Shown: positions 14,110-28,983, counted from the first letter of the whole stretch. The stretch is DNA of 63,514 bases, filler included, from Octopus bimaculoides (GCF_001194135.2; 5 parts of 5 records of this genome joined end to end with filler, not necessarily neighbours in it), one strand, 5' to 3'. The notes: a model not told the origin generated them from the letters alone. Numbers and translations: made by a program.

Positions 14110-14500
14110 TTCCAACCACATAGCCCCGAGTTCAGTCCCCCTGCAGGGCACCTTGAGCAAGTGTCTTCTACAAAAGCCTCAGGCCGACTAAAGCCTTGTG
14201 ATGGGATTTAGTAGACGGAAACTGAAAGAAGCCGATCGTAGATATATATATATGTGTGTGCGTGTGTATGTGTTCGTGTTTGTGTTTGTGTCTGTGTTTT
14301 TCCCCCACCACCGCTTGACAACCGGTGTTTGTGCTTTTACGACCACGTAACTTAGCGCTTCGGCAAAAAGATTGCTATAGAATAGGTACTAGGTTTGAAA
14401 CAATATATCCTGAGGTTGATTTGTTGTACTAAAACCCTTTAAGGCGATGCCCCAGCATGGCCTAAGTCAAATGGCCTCAGTAAGTAAAAGATAAAAAATG
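14110..14500 (+). mobile_element. SINE family B
   Basis: Head, internal (TG)n and tail present. Partial copies also at ~4125-4275 (-), 22970-23290, 34975-35220, 39800-40000, 47980-48130, 50160-50450 and 51960-52170. Confidence 0.8.
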
Positions 14501-14557
14501 AATACATACATATATGTGTGCGCGTGTGTTTGTGCGTGTGTTTGTGCGTGTGTGTGT

Positions 14558-14597
<40 letters not shown>

Positions 14598-15548
14598 ATG
14601 CATGTATGTATGTATGCATACTCCAGTATTGAACAGTGAGAATGTATGCTCGATACCGAGTTGGTGGATGTATATTCTTTATTTGTGGGTTGACAAAGTT
14701 GCCATTGGTTTCATGCCGAGAGGTTTTTCACAATTATCAAACCTGTCACATGGAACGTTGGCATTCGTCTCCACTTTGAATGGAGCATCATCGTTATCAA
14801 CGCTGGGGACGTGTACCAACGTCCTATATGACATGTTTGATAATTGTTGAAAAATCTTTCTTCGTCATGAAGCCAACAGTAGCCTTTATAACCCATCGAT
14901 AATTCATAGATACATTGCGAAGTTGCTGCTTGTTTTGGGTTGTGATTTTTTTTTTCTTTTGTGTTTTTTTTTCAGGTGCGAAGTAGTGAGGAAGAGATAA
15001 CCTATCTTTGAAAATACTTTTTTGACAGGTATAAAACGAGAAAAAATAAATGTTAACCCAACACTGCAAAAAAGCACATACAATATAGTTACAGGTGACA
15101 TTAAGACGTTAGCCTCTGAACTGTGAAAATTTTGTCCATAAAGAGAGAAAGAAAAAAAAACAGGAGGAAACAGTTCTAATTAGAATCCAATTAAATCTGT
15201 AACTCTTAATCAGTGACTCACATTTTCCACGTGACTTAGTCACGAATTTCTGAAAATGCTTGACGTTATATGCAATCATCTATCAGTTAAACAGATAACA
15301 TGTTTGTTTAAGCTGTCAGAAGCAGAGAAGAAAATGAAAATCCAAAATAACAAGAGTTATTTCAGTGAAAACTGAATTAAATGCCCAAACAATCTGGTTA
15401 TGATACGGGAAGAGGAGATGGTGGTGGTGGTGTAGTAGTGGGGACAGTGATGGCGATGGTGGAGGTTGGGGGACTTTCTAATATTGTAGAATTGTGCTCT
15501 GGAGTGGAGAAATATGAATTAGAATAATCAATATAGTAGTAATAGTAA

Positions 15549-15602
<54 letters not shown>

Positions 15603-16597
15603 NNNNNNNNNNNNNNNNNNNNNNNNNNNNNNNNNNNNNNNNNNNNNNNNNNNNNNNNNNNNNNNNNNNNNNNNNNNNNNNNNNNNNNNNNNNNNNNNNN
15701 NNNNNNNNNNNNNNNNNNNNNNNNNNNNNNNNNNNNNNNNNNNNNNNNNNNNNNNNNNNNNNNNNNNNNNNNNNNNNNNNNNNNNNNNNNNNNNNNNNNN
15801 NNNNNNNNNNNNNNNNNNNNNNNNNNNNNNNNNNNNNNNNNNNNNNNNNNNNNNNNNNNNNNNNNNNNNNNNNNNNNNNNNNNNNNNNNNNNNNNNNNNN
15901 NNNNNNNNNNNNNNNNNNNNNNNNNNNNNNNNNNNNNNNNNNNNNNNNNNNNNNNNNNNNNNNNNNNNNNNNNNNNNNNNNNNNNNNNNNNNNNNNNNNN
16001 NNNNNNNNNNNNNNNNNNNNNNNNNNNNNNNNNNNNNNNNNNNNNNNNNNNNNNNNNNNNNNNNNNNNNNNNNNNNNNNNNNNNNNNNNNNNNNNNNNNN
16101 NNNNNNNNNNNNNNNNNNNNNNNNNNNNNNNNNNNNNNNNNNNNNNNNNNNNNNNNNNNNNNNNNNNNNNNNNNNNNNNNNNNNNNNNNNNNNNNNNNNN
16201 NNNNNNNNNNNNNNNNNNNNNNNNNNNNNNNNNNNNNNNNNNNNNNNNNNNNNNNNNNNNNNNNNNNNNNNNNNNNNNNNNNNNNNNNNNNNNNNNNNNN
16301 NNNNNNNNNNNNNNNNNNNNNNNNNNNNNNNNNNNNNNNNNNNNNNNNNNNNNNNNNNNNNNNNNNNNNNNNNNNNNNNNNNNNNNNNNNNNNNNNNNNN
16401 NNNNNNNNNNNNNNNNNNNNNNNNNNNNNNNNNNNNNNNNNNNNNNNNNNNNNNNNNNNNNNNNNNNNNNNNNNNNNNNNNNNNNNNNNNNNNNNNNNNN
16501 NNNNNNNNNNNNNNNNNNNNNNNNNNNNNNNNNNNNNNNNNNNNNNNNNNNNNNNNNNNNNNNNNNNNNNNNNNNNNNNNNNNNNNNNNNNNNNNNN

Positions 16598-16642
<45 letters not shown>

Positions 16643-17015
16643 TGTGTGTTTGTGCAGGGGAGTGTGGACAAATGTGCGCAATATATCGAAAGAAAACGAC
16701 ATAAATCGCAGAAGAGAAACGCTCAACGGAAATCAAGACTGTGACCTGGTGCAGCTCGTTAACTGACCTCCAGGCATTATATCTCGTTCCGAAAAGTATG
16801 ATCGTGAAAACTATTGTTCCACTTAGACGATTTAATCAATAAACCTGACCAGATCTGATCGTGTAAGGTCAAGCAATTGTCTCAAATTGCTGCACCAGCG
16901 AATGTGAGTAGTAATAAGTGGAATACTTTGAAATTAGCAACACTTAAACAAAAAAAAATGCGTGGCGTGTATGCAGGTGTGTATATATAGGTGTACATAT
17001 AAAGTTATATACGGT

Positions 17016-17120
<105 letters not shown>

Positions 17121-17930
17121 NNNNNNNNNNNNNNNNNNNNNNNNNNNNNNNNNNNNNNNNNNNNNNNNNNNNNNNNNNNNNNNNNNNNNNNNNNNNNNNN
17201 NNNNNNNNNNNNNNNNNNNNNNNNNNNNNNNNNNNNNNNNNNNNNNNNNNNNNNNNNNNNNNNNNNNNNNNNNNNNNNNNNNNNNNNNNNNNNNNNNNNN
17301 NNNNNNNNNNNNNNNNNNNNNNNNNNNNNNNNNNNNNNNNNNNNNNNNNNNNNNNNNNNNNNNNNNNNNNNNNNNNNNNNNNNNNNNNNNNNNNNNNNNN
17401 NNNNNNNNNNNNNNNNNNNNNNNNNNNNNNNNNNNNNNNNNNNNNNNNNNNNNNNNNNNNNNNNNNNNNNNNNNNNNNNNNNNNNNNNNNNNNNNNNNNN
17501 NNNNNNNNNNNNNNNNNNNNNNNNNNNNNNNNNNNNNNNNNNNNNNNNNNNNNNNNNNNNNNNNNNNNNNNNNNNNNNNNNNNNNNNNNNNNNNNNNNNN
17601 NNNNNNNNNNNNNNNNNNNNNNNNNNNNNNNNNNTGCATGTAAATATGTATACGTATATACACACACACACGAATAAGTATGTGAAAAATAGGGGGAAAT
17701 GGGAGAGAGAGAGCAGTATTGTGATCGATATTTCTCGATATAAACGTGTGAAACCATTAGCAGAAAGTTCAATTTCATTCTATTATCTCCAAATATATTA
17801 CGATGTGAGAGATACCTCATGTCAGACATTATTGAATCGTGGGCATATTGAAGATAATTAAGAAGCAACGTCTAGATATGCATCTATACGTACAAACATA
17901 CACTACCCCTCACTCCAATCACATCATACA

Positions 17931-17964
<34 letters not shown>

Positions 17965-18789
17965 TGCTCGCACACAAAATAGGTGAAAGAGCTCAATAAC
18001 ATTAAGGGAATTATTGTAATATACTGTTTGGTAAATTAAAGAGACAAAAACAAGTGTTATAATCTATTACAATATTTTATTCGAATACATTGCATCTTTT
18101 TGGCTTACATAAGACCGGTTAGGGAATATTCATCTGAAAATTGTTATGGTGGTTGGAGTTTATATCGTTGAATGTTGCAAGAGTTCGGACTCTACCACGA
18201 ATAAACAAGGAAAGACAATTTATTATAAGATAAACCTAGCTTTATATAAGCTGCCAACAACGACCAAGTTTACAGTACGAGAGCAAATTTACAATTTTGA
18301 TAGTAGATATGAATGAAGCTTAATTAACGATGAAATAAGAAAACATCTCTAAAAACGCGCACGGGTGCAAATTTCCGTGAGTTTTATGAAATGTGTATGA
18401 TTTTCTAATTCTTCAAATTTGAAAGTTCAAAATACGTACTCCCAACACGAACACTGAAGAGCTTAAAGTAAAAGGAAAATATTTATCCACAAACATTAGA
18501 TCAAAAACATTCGAAGATAGGTCAGAAAGAGAGGGAGATGGAGAGAGAGAAAGAGGCAAAAGGTGCCAACACATTTTATGGAAATATATTTGTATGTGTG
18601 TGTTTATGTGAATGTGTATGTATAATGTAATTAAGTGAAATATTATATAGTTAGATAGAATAGTAGACAGGGAAATGAATAAATAGACCGATGTGTATGT
18701 AGCTAAATAGACATGCATATACGTCCAAGTGTGTACATTTATTTACACTAACGAATGCACGTGTGTGAGCATGCATTTATGTGTGCGGG

Positions 18790-18839
<50 letters not shown>

Positions 18840-18895
18840 ATAAGGAGTAAATGGAGAGATTTATGATCCATTAATGAGGTTTATTACCTTTACTT

Positions 18896-18932
<37 letters not shown>

Positions 18933-19472
18933 GCGCGTAGATATATATGGTTGTATGTATGTATGTATATANNNNNNNNNNNNNNNNNNNNNNNNNNNNN
19001 NNNNNNNNNNNNNNNNNNNNNNNNNNNNNNNNNNNNNNNNNNNNNNNNNNNNNNNNNNNNNNNNNNNNNNNNNNNNNNNNNNNNNNNNNNNNNNNNNNNN
19101 NNNNNNNNNNNNNNNNNNNNNNNNNNNNNNNNNNNNNNNNNNNNNNNNNNNNNNNNNNNNNNNNNNNNNNNNNNNNNNNNNNNNNNNNNNNNNNNNNNNN
19201 NNNNNNNNNNNNNNNNNNNNNNNNNNNNNNNNNNNNNNNNNNNNNNNNNNNNNNNNNNNNNNNNNNNNNNNNNNNNNNNNNNNNNNNNNNNNNNNNNNNN
19301 NNNNNNNNNNNNNNNNNNNNNNNNNNNNNNNNNNNNNNNNNNNNNNNNNNNNNNNNNNNNNNNNNNNNNNNNNNNNNNNNNNNNNNNNNNNNNNNNNNNN
19401 NNNNNNNNNNNNNNNNNNNNNNNNNNNNNNNNNNNGAAAGTTATTGAGGACGTTGTATATTTGGATTCTGCT

Positions 19473-19780
19473 TATAGAAAAATATAGAAAAATATAGAAA
19501 TATAGAAAAATATAGAAAAATATAGAAAAATATAGAAATATAGAAAAATATAGAAAAATATAGAAATATAGAAAAATATAGAAAAATATAGAAATATAGA
19601 AAAATATACAAAAATATACAAAAATATACAAAAATATAGAAAAATATAGACAAATATAGAAATATAGAAAAATATAGAAAACTATAGAAAAATATAGAAA
19701 AATATAGAAAAATATAGAAATATAGAAAAATATAGAAAAATATAGAAATATAGAAAAATATAGAAAAATATAGAAAAATA
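19473..19780. repeat. Tandem repeat of TATAGAAAAA/TATAGAAA units
   Basis: 10- and 8-nt units, often in a 10-10-8 order. Confidence 0.9.
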
Positions 19781-20036
19781 TATTTGCAAATATTTTGGAC
19801 TTTAATGAATGACATATCTGTATAGATTTGAAACTTTGATGAAACGTATACATGTGTGTGCGTGAGTGAGTGTGTGAATGTGCGGGTGTGTGTATGTATA
19901 TCTGTGTGTGTGTTCGCGTGTGTTTTTGTAATGATTTTTGGACTTTGATGAATGCTGAAAAATGAAACTGTAAAGAAAACTTAATCTATATTTTATCAAA
20001 AAAAAAATTAGCATTTATTTTTGCGTAAATATATAT

Positions 20037-20085
<49 letters not shown>

Positions 20086-20532
20086 CATATATATGTATGT
20101 ATGTATGTTTTATATATCTGTAGGTGTCTTGTAAAATCTAAAGAAATGAAGTAAATAGTTGTTTTTTTTCCGATGAATATTATTCTTTTTTTATATCTGA
20201 AATTTCATTACTTTTCATTACATTCATGAAATCATTAACTACACAAAAATAAAATGGGGTGAAAAAAAAATTGGTATCTAATCTTATTCAACTTGCATAT
20301 TGTATATAATCATATCGGTCTATGCAGCTTACGCAACTCCTTCTCTTCTTCATCCCTCTCTATCTCTCTCTCTCTCCCTCTCTTTCACTCCTTCTTACTC
20401 TCTCTTTCTCTCTCGCATACATATACATATATATGAATGTATATATATGTACGGTAAGTATTATAATTTCTAGGTATTTATGCACAAGGTCGGGTATAAA
20501 TACATGTGTATCTGTATGAGTCTGTGTGTGAA

Positions 20533-20588
<56 letters not shown>

Positions 20589-20885
20589 TATGTGCGTGTG
20601 TGCGGGGTGTATCTGTGAATAATTGTTTGTTTGTGTATATGTGTGTGTGTGTGTTTGTGTGTGCGTACGCGTGTGTGCCTTTGTGTATGTGTGTGCGTGT
20701 GTGAGTGTGTGTGTGTATGATGCCTTATTCAGTAAAACTATCGATGTACAAATAACTTTGAATTTCTTTTTACAAAAATCTGATTTTGTTTTCGATAAGA
20801 CTCATAACATATGCACAAATATATACATACATACATACATACATACATACATACATACATACATACATACATACATGACTGCTAT

Positions 20886-21050
20886 ACGAGTGTAGAAGAT
20901 ATCGCCAACATCATCGGCAGCTCCTTCCAAATGTCTGCGACATATTATCTGCCCCTGAGGTATGATATTGTTGCAGAGATTATTTGCAACACTATCCGCA
21001 GGAAGGTTTGCCCTGAAGTCTGCATCAAAGCAAGTCAGAAGCAGCATGTA
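20886..21050 (+). mobile_element. R4/Dong-like LINE fragment
   Basis: VEDIANIIGSSFQMSATYYLPLRYDIVAEII resembles E..HI.S.C..L...Y..RH..VA; homologous to part of 35880-36700. Confidence 0.6.
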
Positions 21051-21147
21051 TTTACACCTTTAAAAACAAGGAACACTGGTGGAACATTCCAATAAAAGCA
21101 ACAATTCGGTGTAAGCATAACACACCTGATATTGTTCTGTGGGACAA

Positions 21148-21290
21148 AGGCGGTGAGCTGGCAGAACCGTTAGCACGCCGGGCGAAATGCTCAGCGGTAT
21201 ATCGTCTGCTGTTATGTTCTGAGTTCAAATTCCGCCGAGGTCGACTTTGCCTTTCATCCTTTCGGGGTCCATAAAACAAGTACCAGTTAC
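21148..21290 (+). mobile_element. SINE family A
   Basis: GGCGGTGAGCTGGCAGAACCGTTAGCACGCC...GAGTTCAAATTCCGCCGAGGTCGAC. Confidence 0.85.
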
Positions 21291-21385
21291 ACAGTTATGG
21301 ATGTATAGATATAGCATACATGTACATATATGTGTGTATAATATATATATATACATGTGCATACATTTATATATATATATATAAA

Positions 21386-21462
<77 letters not shown>

Positions 21463-22152
21463 GAGTAAAAATAAATACAAAAAAAAGGGTTTTGTATGAT
21501 CGTGTATAGAGGAATATATTATTTTATTTAAAAGAGTTCCAACTCTGTCTGTTTTTTATGTTTTTTATTTATATTCTTGTAAAATTTATGTGGGATATAG
21601 AATATGGAATGTATAATATATAATATAAAAAAAGATGGATGGTACAATGAAATGAAGTATTGAATGCCTTATTGAATATATGGAATATGTCTTATTGAAT
21701 ATATGAAATATTGAGTGTTCAATATAAAGGATTAAATATATAAATATATAAAGGCGAATACGTATTTTCTATACCTTGTGGTATATCATCATGGCCGGTA
21801 TGACAGACTGTAACAGACTGTATATATATATGTAACAGACTGTATATATATATGTATATATACATATAAATGTATGTATATTTCTATTTTCTTAGTGATG
21901 TGTCGCACTTTAGTCTAATATACACTCTCATACTCAAAGATGTTCATTAGTGATCAGAACTTGCCTCAGGCGTTTCATATTGTAGCTTTTACAAGCTGCG
22001 ATATTTCCTTTAAGTGTCAGAATTAAGATATACATATACGTACACACATACATCAAAAGGAAACCTTATATCAAATTTTACTTTTACTAAACGATCTATC
22101 ACATTTACTTGTTCGGTGACACACACACAAACAAACATATACACACACAAGC

Positions 22153-22205
<53 letters not shown>

Positions 22206-22479
22206 GTGAGTGAGAGAGACAGAGGGACAGAGATAGATATTTATATTCATGTCGATATATATAGAGATAATTATAATAAGGGCAACTGCTGAGTAGCGTC
22301 AGATGCTAGAAGTTGACGCTAAATGGCTCTAAAACTAGCTTATCACATAGACATGGGCTGCAAGTGAGGGAAATGAACAAAAAGATTTGGTTTTAAATCG
22401 TTTTTGTAGATGCCCTTATTATAATTATCTAAATGCATACTGGCCTCTCTTCGCCACCAGTGTTATCCATGGGAAAGGG

Positions 22480-22650
22480 CAAGGTCGATACAGCTTGGCA
22501 CCTGTCACGTCGCAACTGAGTGAACTGGAGCAACGTGTTAATAAACTGAATGCAAAGGACATTAAAATACTTTATACTGAGGGATTCGAACTCACAACCT
22601 CACGTTTTTAAGCTCGACGCTCTAACCACTGAGCCATGCGCCTTTACACT
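22480..22650 (-). mobile_element. tRNA-derived SINE (third family)
   Basis: Minus strand GGCGCATGGCTCAGTGGTTAGAGCG...GAGTTCGAATCCC. Related decayed heads at ~30290-30405 and ~40840-40980. Confidence 0.75.
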
Positions 22651-23441
22651 ATGCGTATATGCTTATAATTAATATACTTTACAACACACACGCACACGCG
22701 TATATATATACATATATATATAATATATATATGTATATATATACGTGTATATATATNNNNNNNNNNGAACTGGAGCAACGTGTTAATAAACTGAATGCAA
22801 AGGACATTAAAATACTTTATACTGAGGGATTCGAACTCACAACCTCACGTTTTTAAGCTCGACGCTCTAACCACTGAGCCATGCGCCTTTACACTATGCG
22901 TATATGCTTATAATTAATATACTTTACAACACACACGCACACGCGTATATATATACATATATATATAATCTTTTATCGAGCCGACGAAAGCTTTGTGAGT
23001 AGATTTGGTATGCGGAAACTAAAAGAAGCCCGTCGCATATGTGTGTGTGGGCGTATGTTTATCAATAAGTGTGTGTTTTGTGTCAGTGTTTGTCTCCTCC
23101 ACCGCTTGACGACCGGTATTGGTGCGTTAACGTCTCCGTAAGCTAGCGGTTCACCAAAAGAAATCGATAGGATGAGTACGTGGTTTTAACAAGCATAGGT
23201 ACTAGGGTCGATTCATTCGAGTAAAATTCTTCAAGGCAGTGCCCCAGCATGGCCGCTGTCTAATGACTAAAACAACTGAAATAAGATCGAAAGAAAAGTA
23301 ATACCTAAGTACATGCAAACTTTCAAGCATATATGCGTGCGTCATAACACGAACACATATAAAGTGTGTCTATGGAGGCGGGACAAAATGCATACGTATA
23401 TATCTACCTGTTTGTATGTGTTCGCGTGTGCGAGTGTGGCT

Positions 23442-23508
<67 letters not shown>

Positions 23509-23976
23509 NNNNNNNNNNNNNNNNNNNNNNNNNNNNNNNNNNNNNNNNNNNNNNNNNNNNNNNNNNNNNNNNNNNNNNNNNNNNNNNNNNNNNNNNNNNN
23601 NNNNNNNNNNNNNNNNNNNNNNNNNNNNNNNNNNNNNNNNNNNNNNNNNNNNNNNNNNNNNNNNNNNNNNNNNNNNNNNNNNNNNNNNNNNNNNNNNNNN
23701 NNNNNNNNNNNNNNNNNNNNNNNNNNNNNNNNNNNNNNNNNNNNNNNNNNNNNNNNNNNNNNNNNNNNNNNNNNNNNNNNNNNNNNNNNNNNNNNNNNNN
23801 NNNNNNNNNNNNNNNNNNNNNNNNNNNNNNNNNNNNNNNNNNNNNNNNNNNNNNNNNNNNNNNNNNNNNNNNNNNNNNNNNNNNNNNNNNNNNNNNNNNN
23901 NNNNNNNNNNNNNNNNNNNNNNNNNNNNNNNNNNNNNNNNNNNNNNNNNNNNNNNNNNNNNNNNNNNNNNNNNNNN

Positions 23977-24027
<51 letters not shown>

Positions 24028-24610
24028 CGTATATATATATATGTGTGTGTGAGTGTGTATACATATACGTATTCCTGTATGTATGTATGTATGTATGTGC
24101 ATATATTGTATTATATATATATGTGTTAGCAAATATGTGAGTGTATTTGTCTGTGTTTGTGTGTGTGTTCGTATGTGTGTATGTGTGTGCATGTCCGTGT
24201 ATGTGTGTCTGCGCGTGTGAATGTTGCGTATATATATATTCACACGCACACATTACGGAACGTATCTCGATGGAGATGCAGAATTTCTCTCTCACACATT
24301 AAAGTATTAAATATACATCAATTCTCGTGTAGAATATTGATAATAGAAGCACGGTTAAAGCTTCAATTAATATATATGATACGAACTTTATTATTAAATA
24401 ATTGAATATAACCATAAGCCATGCATATTTATTACGTTTGATATTAAATAGGAGTAAAATTTTAATTCTCAATATGTCTCATTATTCAGGTTATTTACTG
24501 ATATTTCAGTGGATATTAACCTGACTATACATACATATATACATATACAACACACATATACACACAAACATACATACACACACACATATAAAAAGTGAGA
24601 GAGGGGGAAG

Positions 24611-24660
<50 letters not shown>

Positions 24661-24688
24661 TACATATATATATGCATATATAAAAAAG

Positions 24689-24744
<56 letters not shown>

Positions 24745-24784
24745 CATCATTATTATTNNNNNNNNNNATGCATATATAAAAAAG

Positions 24785-24825
<41 letters not shown>

Positions 24826-24850
24826 CATCATTATTATTATTATTATTATT

Positions 24851-24883
<33 letters not shown>

Positions 24884-24902
24884 ATTGTTATTATTATTAT
24901 TA

Positions 24903-24957
<55 letters not shown>

Positions 24958-25235
24958 GGCGGTGAGCTGGTAGAATCATTCGCCCGTCGGGTTAATATGC
25001 TTAGTAGTATTTCATCCGGGTCTTTACGTTTAGAGTTCAAATTCCGCTGATGTCAACTCTACTTTCCATGCTTTCGGGGTCGATAAAATAAATACCAGTT
25101 CACCGCTTGAGAACAGGTATTGGTTCGTCTATGTCTCCGACAGAATAAGTACTGTAGTCGATTTGTTCGATGAAACCTTCATAGCGGTTCCCCAGCATGA
25201 CAGAAGTCGAATGAGCGAAACAAATGGAAAAAGAA
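24958..25235 (+). mobile_element. SINE family A head/body joined to the 3' part of SINE family B
   Basis: A-type sequence to ~25100, then a B-type CCGCTTGA...CAGCATGAC tail. Confidence 0.65.
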
Positions 25236-26044
25236 ATTATAACAAACTGCATGAAAGAAGTATTAAACAAGAGGAGCTTTGAGAAAAGCAATTTCTTCGT
25301 CAAGAGCTCACGAACGGCAGTCAACTGCATCTGGTATTCTTTTGCCATTCAAGCATCAGCACTGATTCCATTGGATGTGGACAAACAATTATTTGTAACA
25401 ATCGAGAACCATTATGCAGCCAATGTATACATCACTGTCTCCCATTACACCGCAAATAACTGATTAATTTAAACAATAATTATTGCTTAGTAACCAACAG
25501 CACAAAACATAATAAAATACGTGCGGGATGAAGGCGATGGCATTGAACATGTCTAATTATCTATTTCTAACAAGCTGGAAGGAATATAACAAATTGAAAT
25601 TCCATATGCTTTGGGCAATTTGCTTATAATTCCCATATCGAAATTGCAATGGCATTTTCTTTTTTGTATATCTTTCAATATTATTGCTGAATGAATAGGA
25701 TTTCATTTTGATAAGCATATTACGTACAGCTTTTTCAAATCCATAAGACTCTTAAATATTAATAATGAAACTTACAATCTACATACACGAATAATAACAT
25801 CATTGAAGCTAACATAAAGGCGCGTTACTCAGGTTTCTGTTTCCGACAGTTACTTTATTTGCTGAGCATAGCAGCCGGATACCTGTAAAATCTTCTTAAA
25901 ATACAAGGCAGGATAATATAACCCAGGAAACAATTCTGCAACGTTGGATCCGTATGTGTGTGTGTGTGTGTTGGGTCATCCAATAAATAAATGTGGTTTT
26001 TGTATACTTCTTTTAAATTATCAAAATTATGATAAACTTCTTTT

Positions 26045-26470
26045 TTAATATAGAATATACTTTCTTTCATTTTCTACAATGATCTTCCATCTGTCTGGTA
26101 GACTTGCAAAGCCTCTCTTCCAAAATTCACTTGTCCGTGACGTAAAATGCTCCTCCAGTACTGTTTTGACCTCGTCTACGAAATTTTCCATGCAAATGAT
26201 TTTAAAGACTTCAGAATAATCAGTTGGGGAAATATCTGGCGAACATGGTGAGTGAGGCATCGTTTCCCATTCAAACTGTTCCAGCCTTTCGAATGTCATC
26301 CTCGCTGTATGTGACCAAGCATTATATTGATGGAAGAACACCTTTCACCTTGAAACCAAAGATAGTCGCTTTTCTTCTAGCGCTAACTTAAGACGTCAGG
26401 CAGTTGAACTTCCATATCTTGTTAAGGTTTCTTTGAGAACCCCCTTAAAACCTTATTCATGGATTTTACA
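26045..26470 (-). mobile_element. mariner transposase C-terminal remnant
   Basis: HQYNAWSHTAR...HSPCSPDISPTDY...GFASLPDRWKIIVENERKYI. Confidence 0.85.
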
Positions 26471-26519
26471 TAATGGGTTTCCACGTCTTGAAGGAAGCTC
26501 TCTCCAACGTTCTTTTTAT

Positions 26520-28034
26520 ATTTCCAGAGGCATACACTACATCATCAGTGTTTCTGGCATTTGAACAGGGTTGGTGTCAAAGATCTCACTCCCTCTCTCG
26601 ATCTCCTTCCTTCGTGCTATGAGGGCTATCAATTTTCTGGTCACTAACACGAAGTTTTGTGTTTGTGTGGTTCTTTGTTCGAGGAGTTTTTCTTCGCGTG
26701 GGTTATTGCAGTTGCGGTTGTAATGGTGGAGCTAGTTGTGATAACGGTAGGTGTGTTGACGATTGTGGTGTTGGAGAGGTCGGTGTTGTTGCAGGTGTGT
26801 CTGTGATTCATGTGGGTTTGTTTGAATGCTTTTTGGTGTGTGTTGGTGTGGAGCATATTTTGTTGTGGGGTTTTTAGGGGGAGCAGTTCCCCCTCCTCAT
26901 TTTTACAGTATTATGCAAAGGTATCAATATCTATGGAATTTGAGTGAGACTCTATGTATGTATTGAGATTAGGGGAAACGGAGAGAGAGATGGAGAGAGT
27001 GAGAATTTAGTTGGGAAAGCCCCTAGATATTGTGTGTGTCCGTTATTATTATTCTTTCTGTTGTGGAAGGTGGTGGTGGTGGTGGTGGTGCATCTGCTGC
27101 TGGTGTTGTTGGTGTTGTTGGTGTTGCAGGTGTTGCTGTTGTTGCTGGTGTTAACGTTCGTCCAGCTGTTGCTGTTGTTGCTGTTCTTCTTGTTGATGTT
27201 GCCACTGTTGTGGCGGTTGGTGTCGTTTTTCTTGCTCGCTGATGGTTTAGTTGTGGCTTTTGAGAACCTGTTGTTGGCAGTAAAAGTATCTTATGGTTTC
27301 CTGTCTTCTGCTGAGAGCTCTCAAGTGGTCAGTCTCACCACACAGGTGGTGGTACCGTAGCCTTCTTCCCTCAATCGTAACATGCAAATTTTCCCTTTCT
27401 GGATGGCGAATAACGTCTGGGTCTTGTGGATCGTGTCTTGCTTAATGTGGAGTTGCACTAACACACTGATCCCAGACCATTTTTCACTACAATGCACGCT
27501 AAAATCCACCTCAGGTGGAATTCCTGAGACCTTCACTCTCGCCATCCTAAATATGATGGATGGAGAACATATTTTTCGTTTTGACAAGGAACCAAGGAAG
27601 GTTTGACATCCAGAGTTTCAGTCTTGAAGAACACTAAAATGCCCGCAGGTTGTTTAGCTCCCGATATGTGCTGAATGTCGGGCATTATTTCTTTCAGCGT
27701 TCCTTCCGCATCTGTCTGACTAGCTGTCTCCGGCCGATTTGTGTTTATCGAAACACGTTTATAAATTACAGTTTTTGAGTGTTTCTGCTGACACCTCGGA
27801 GGAAGATGGCATGGGTTTTTCGGCCTGATCAGTTTGGCTGCTGTCTTTTTCTAGGATATCTATCCTGTATAGTTCAATGTCTTGGAACTCACTATCAGAG
27901 CCACCTCTGACTTCCTCCTCCATGTCCCTGAGCGGGATGGACGTCGCTATGTTATTCTTTAAAATTATTTTTTTCAAAATCAAACTAAAAATTTTCTTTT
28001 CGAATTTGAACCTCCAAAGGGGCACAAAAAACAA
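26520..28034 (-). mobile_element. Decayed non-LTR retrotransposon ORF1 (Tx1/L1-like) with zinc-knuckle remnant and low-complexity linker
   Basis: ARVKVSGIPPEVD, HLCGETDHLRA (decayed CCHC) and a Thr/Gln-rich linker, all frameshifted. Confidence 0.5.
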
Positions 28035-28396
28035 GCAAGCAAACCAGACCTATGTAATGTTATAACAAAATAAACAATTAACAACTTTTGGAAACAAATT
28101 AAAATGATAAACTAATGAGCGAAAAGACAGGCGTCCTGTTAGTGTGAATAATAATAATTGTTATTATCACATATTTAATTGACCATACCCATAATATCTT
28201 TCGTTTTCTATTCTCTGCATCATTTTTGTCCGTATCCTATTAAAATATACGCAACGAAGCATTTCAATTAAAATAAATTTTATTGATTTTTTTTTTTTTA
28301 GAGTTATAAAGATAATGATAGAATATTAAATTTCCTATTACTTGGAGGATAATTTAAATTTGTTGTTATGTGTATAAATACATACATGTATGTATG

Positions 28397-28431
<35 letters not shown>

Positions 28432-28983
28432 CTTTGTAAGTGAGTTATATGAAATTATGTAGAAATACACTGTAAGCAGATTTTAGGAAATTATGTTGTA
28501 ATTACTTGAATTAAAATTTAGCGAATATCTACCCTAATAAAGAAGCTTTCTAAGTTACTCATCCACAAAAATAATTGACTTGTTAAAAATGAATTAATAT
28601 ACTGAGTAATATAAATTTTCATATTTAAACGTCTACGACAATCGCAAGGTATCAGGGGAAGCAGAAGGAAGTAAGTGAAACCTGATGAATTAAATAACAA
28701 TGAGACAGTTCAGTTCCTTATTAGTTGATCCAATCTGCTTAAGATATCTTCATTATCCTAATTTCATAAGTTTGCAAACAGTGACTCTCTCTCACTCCCA
28801 TTCTTTCTCTCACACACACACACATACACACATACATTTTCTTTGCCATGGTCACTGATAGAACGTCTGTGATGTAGTGAGACGACCACACTCAACACAC
28901 TTTGCTCCCAAGCATTTCAACACACGATTTCACATCAAGAATCTTGCAAAATAAAATACACAAACGTAACAAGATAAAAATAT

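Noticed and set aside
22580-22650. tRNA-like sequence
   Set aside because: It has A/B boxes but no complete cloverleaf and runs into a SINE body; called a SINE head, as with 29177-29250.
22526-22968. Apparent exact ~180-bp tandem duplication
   Set aside because: The copies flank a 10-N gap, typical of overlapping contig ends. The same pattern occurs at ~24670-24830 and 61148-61282.
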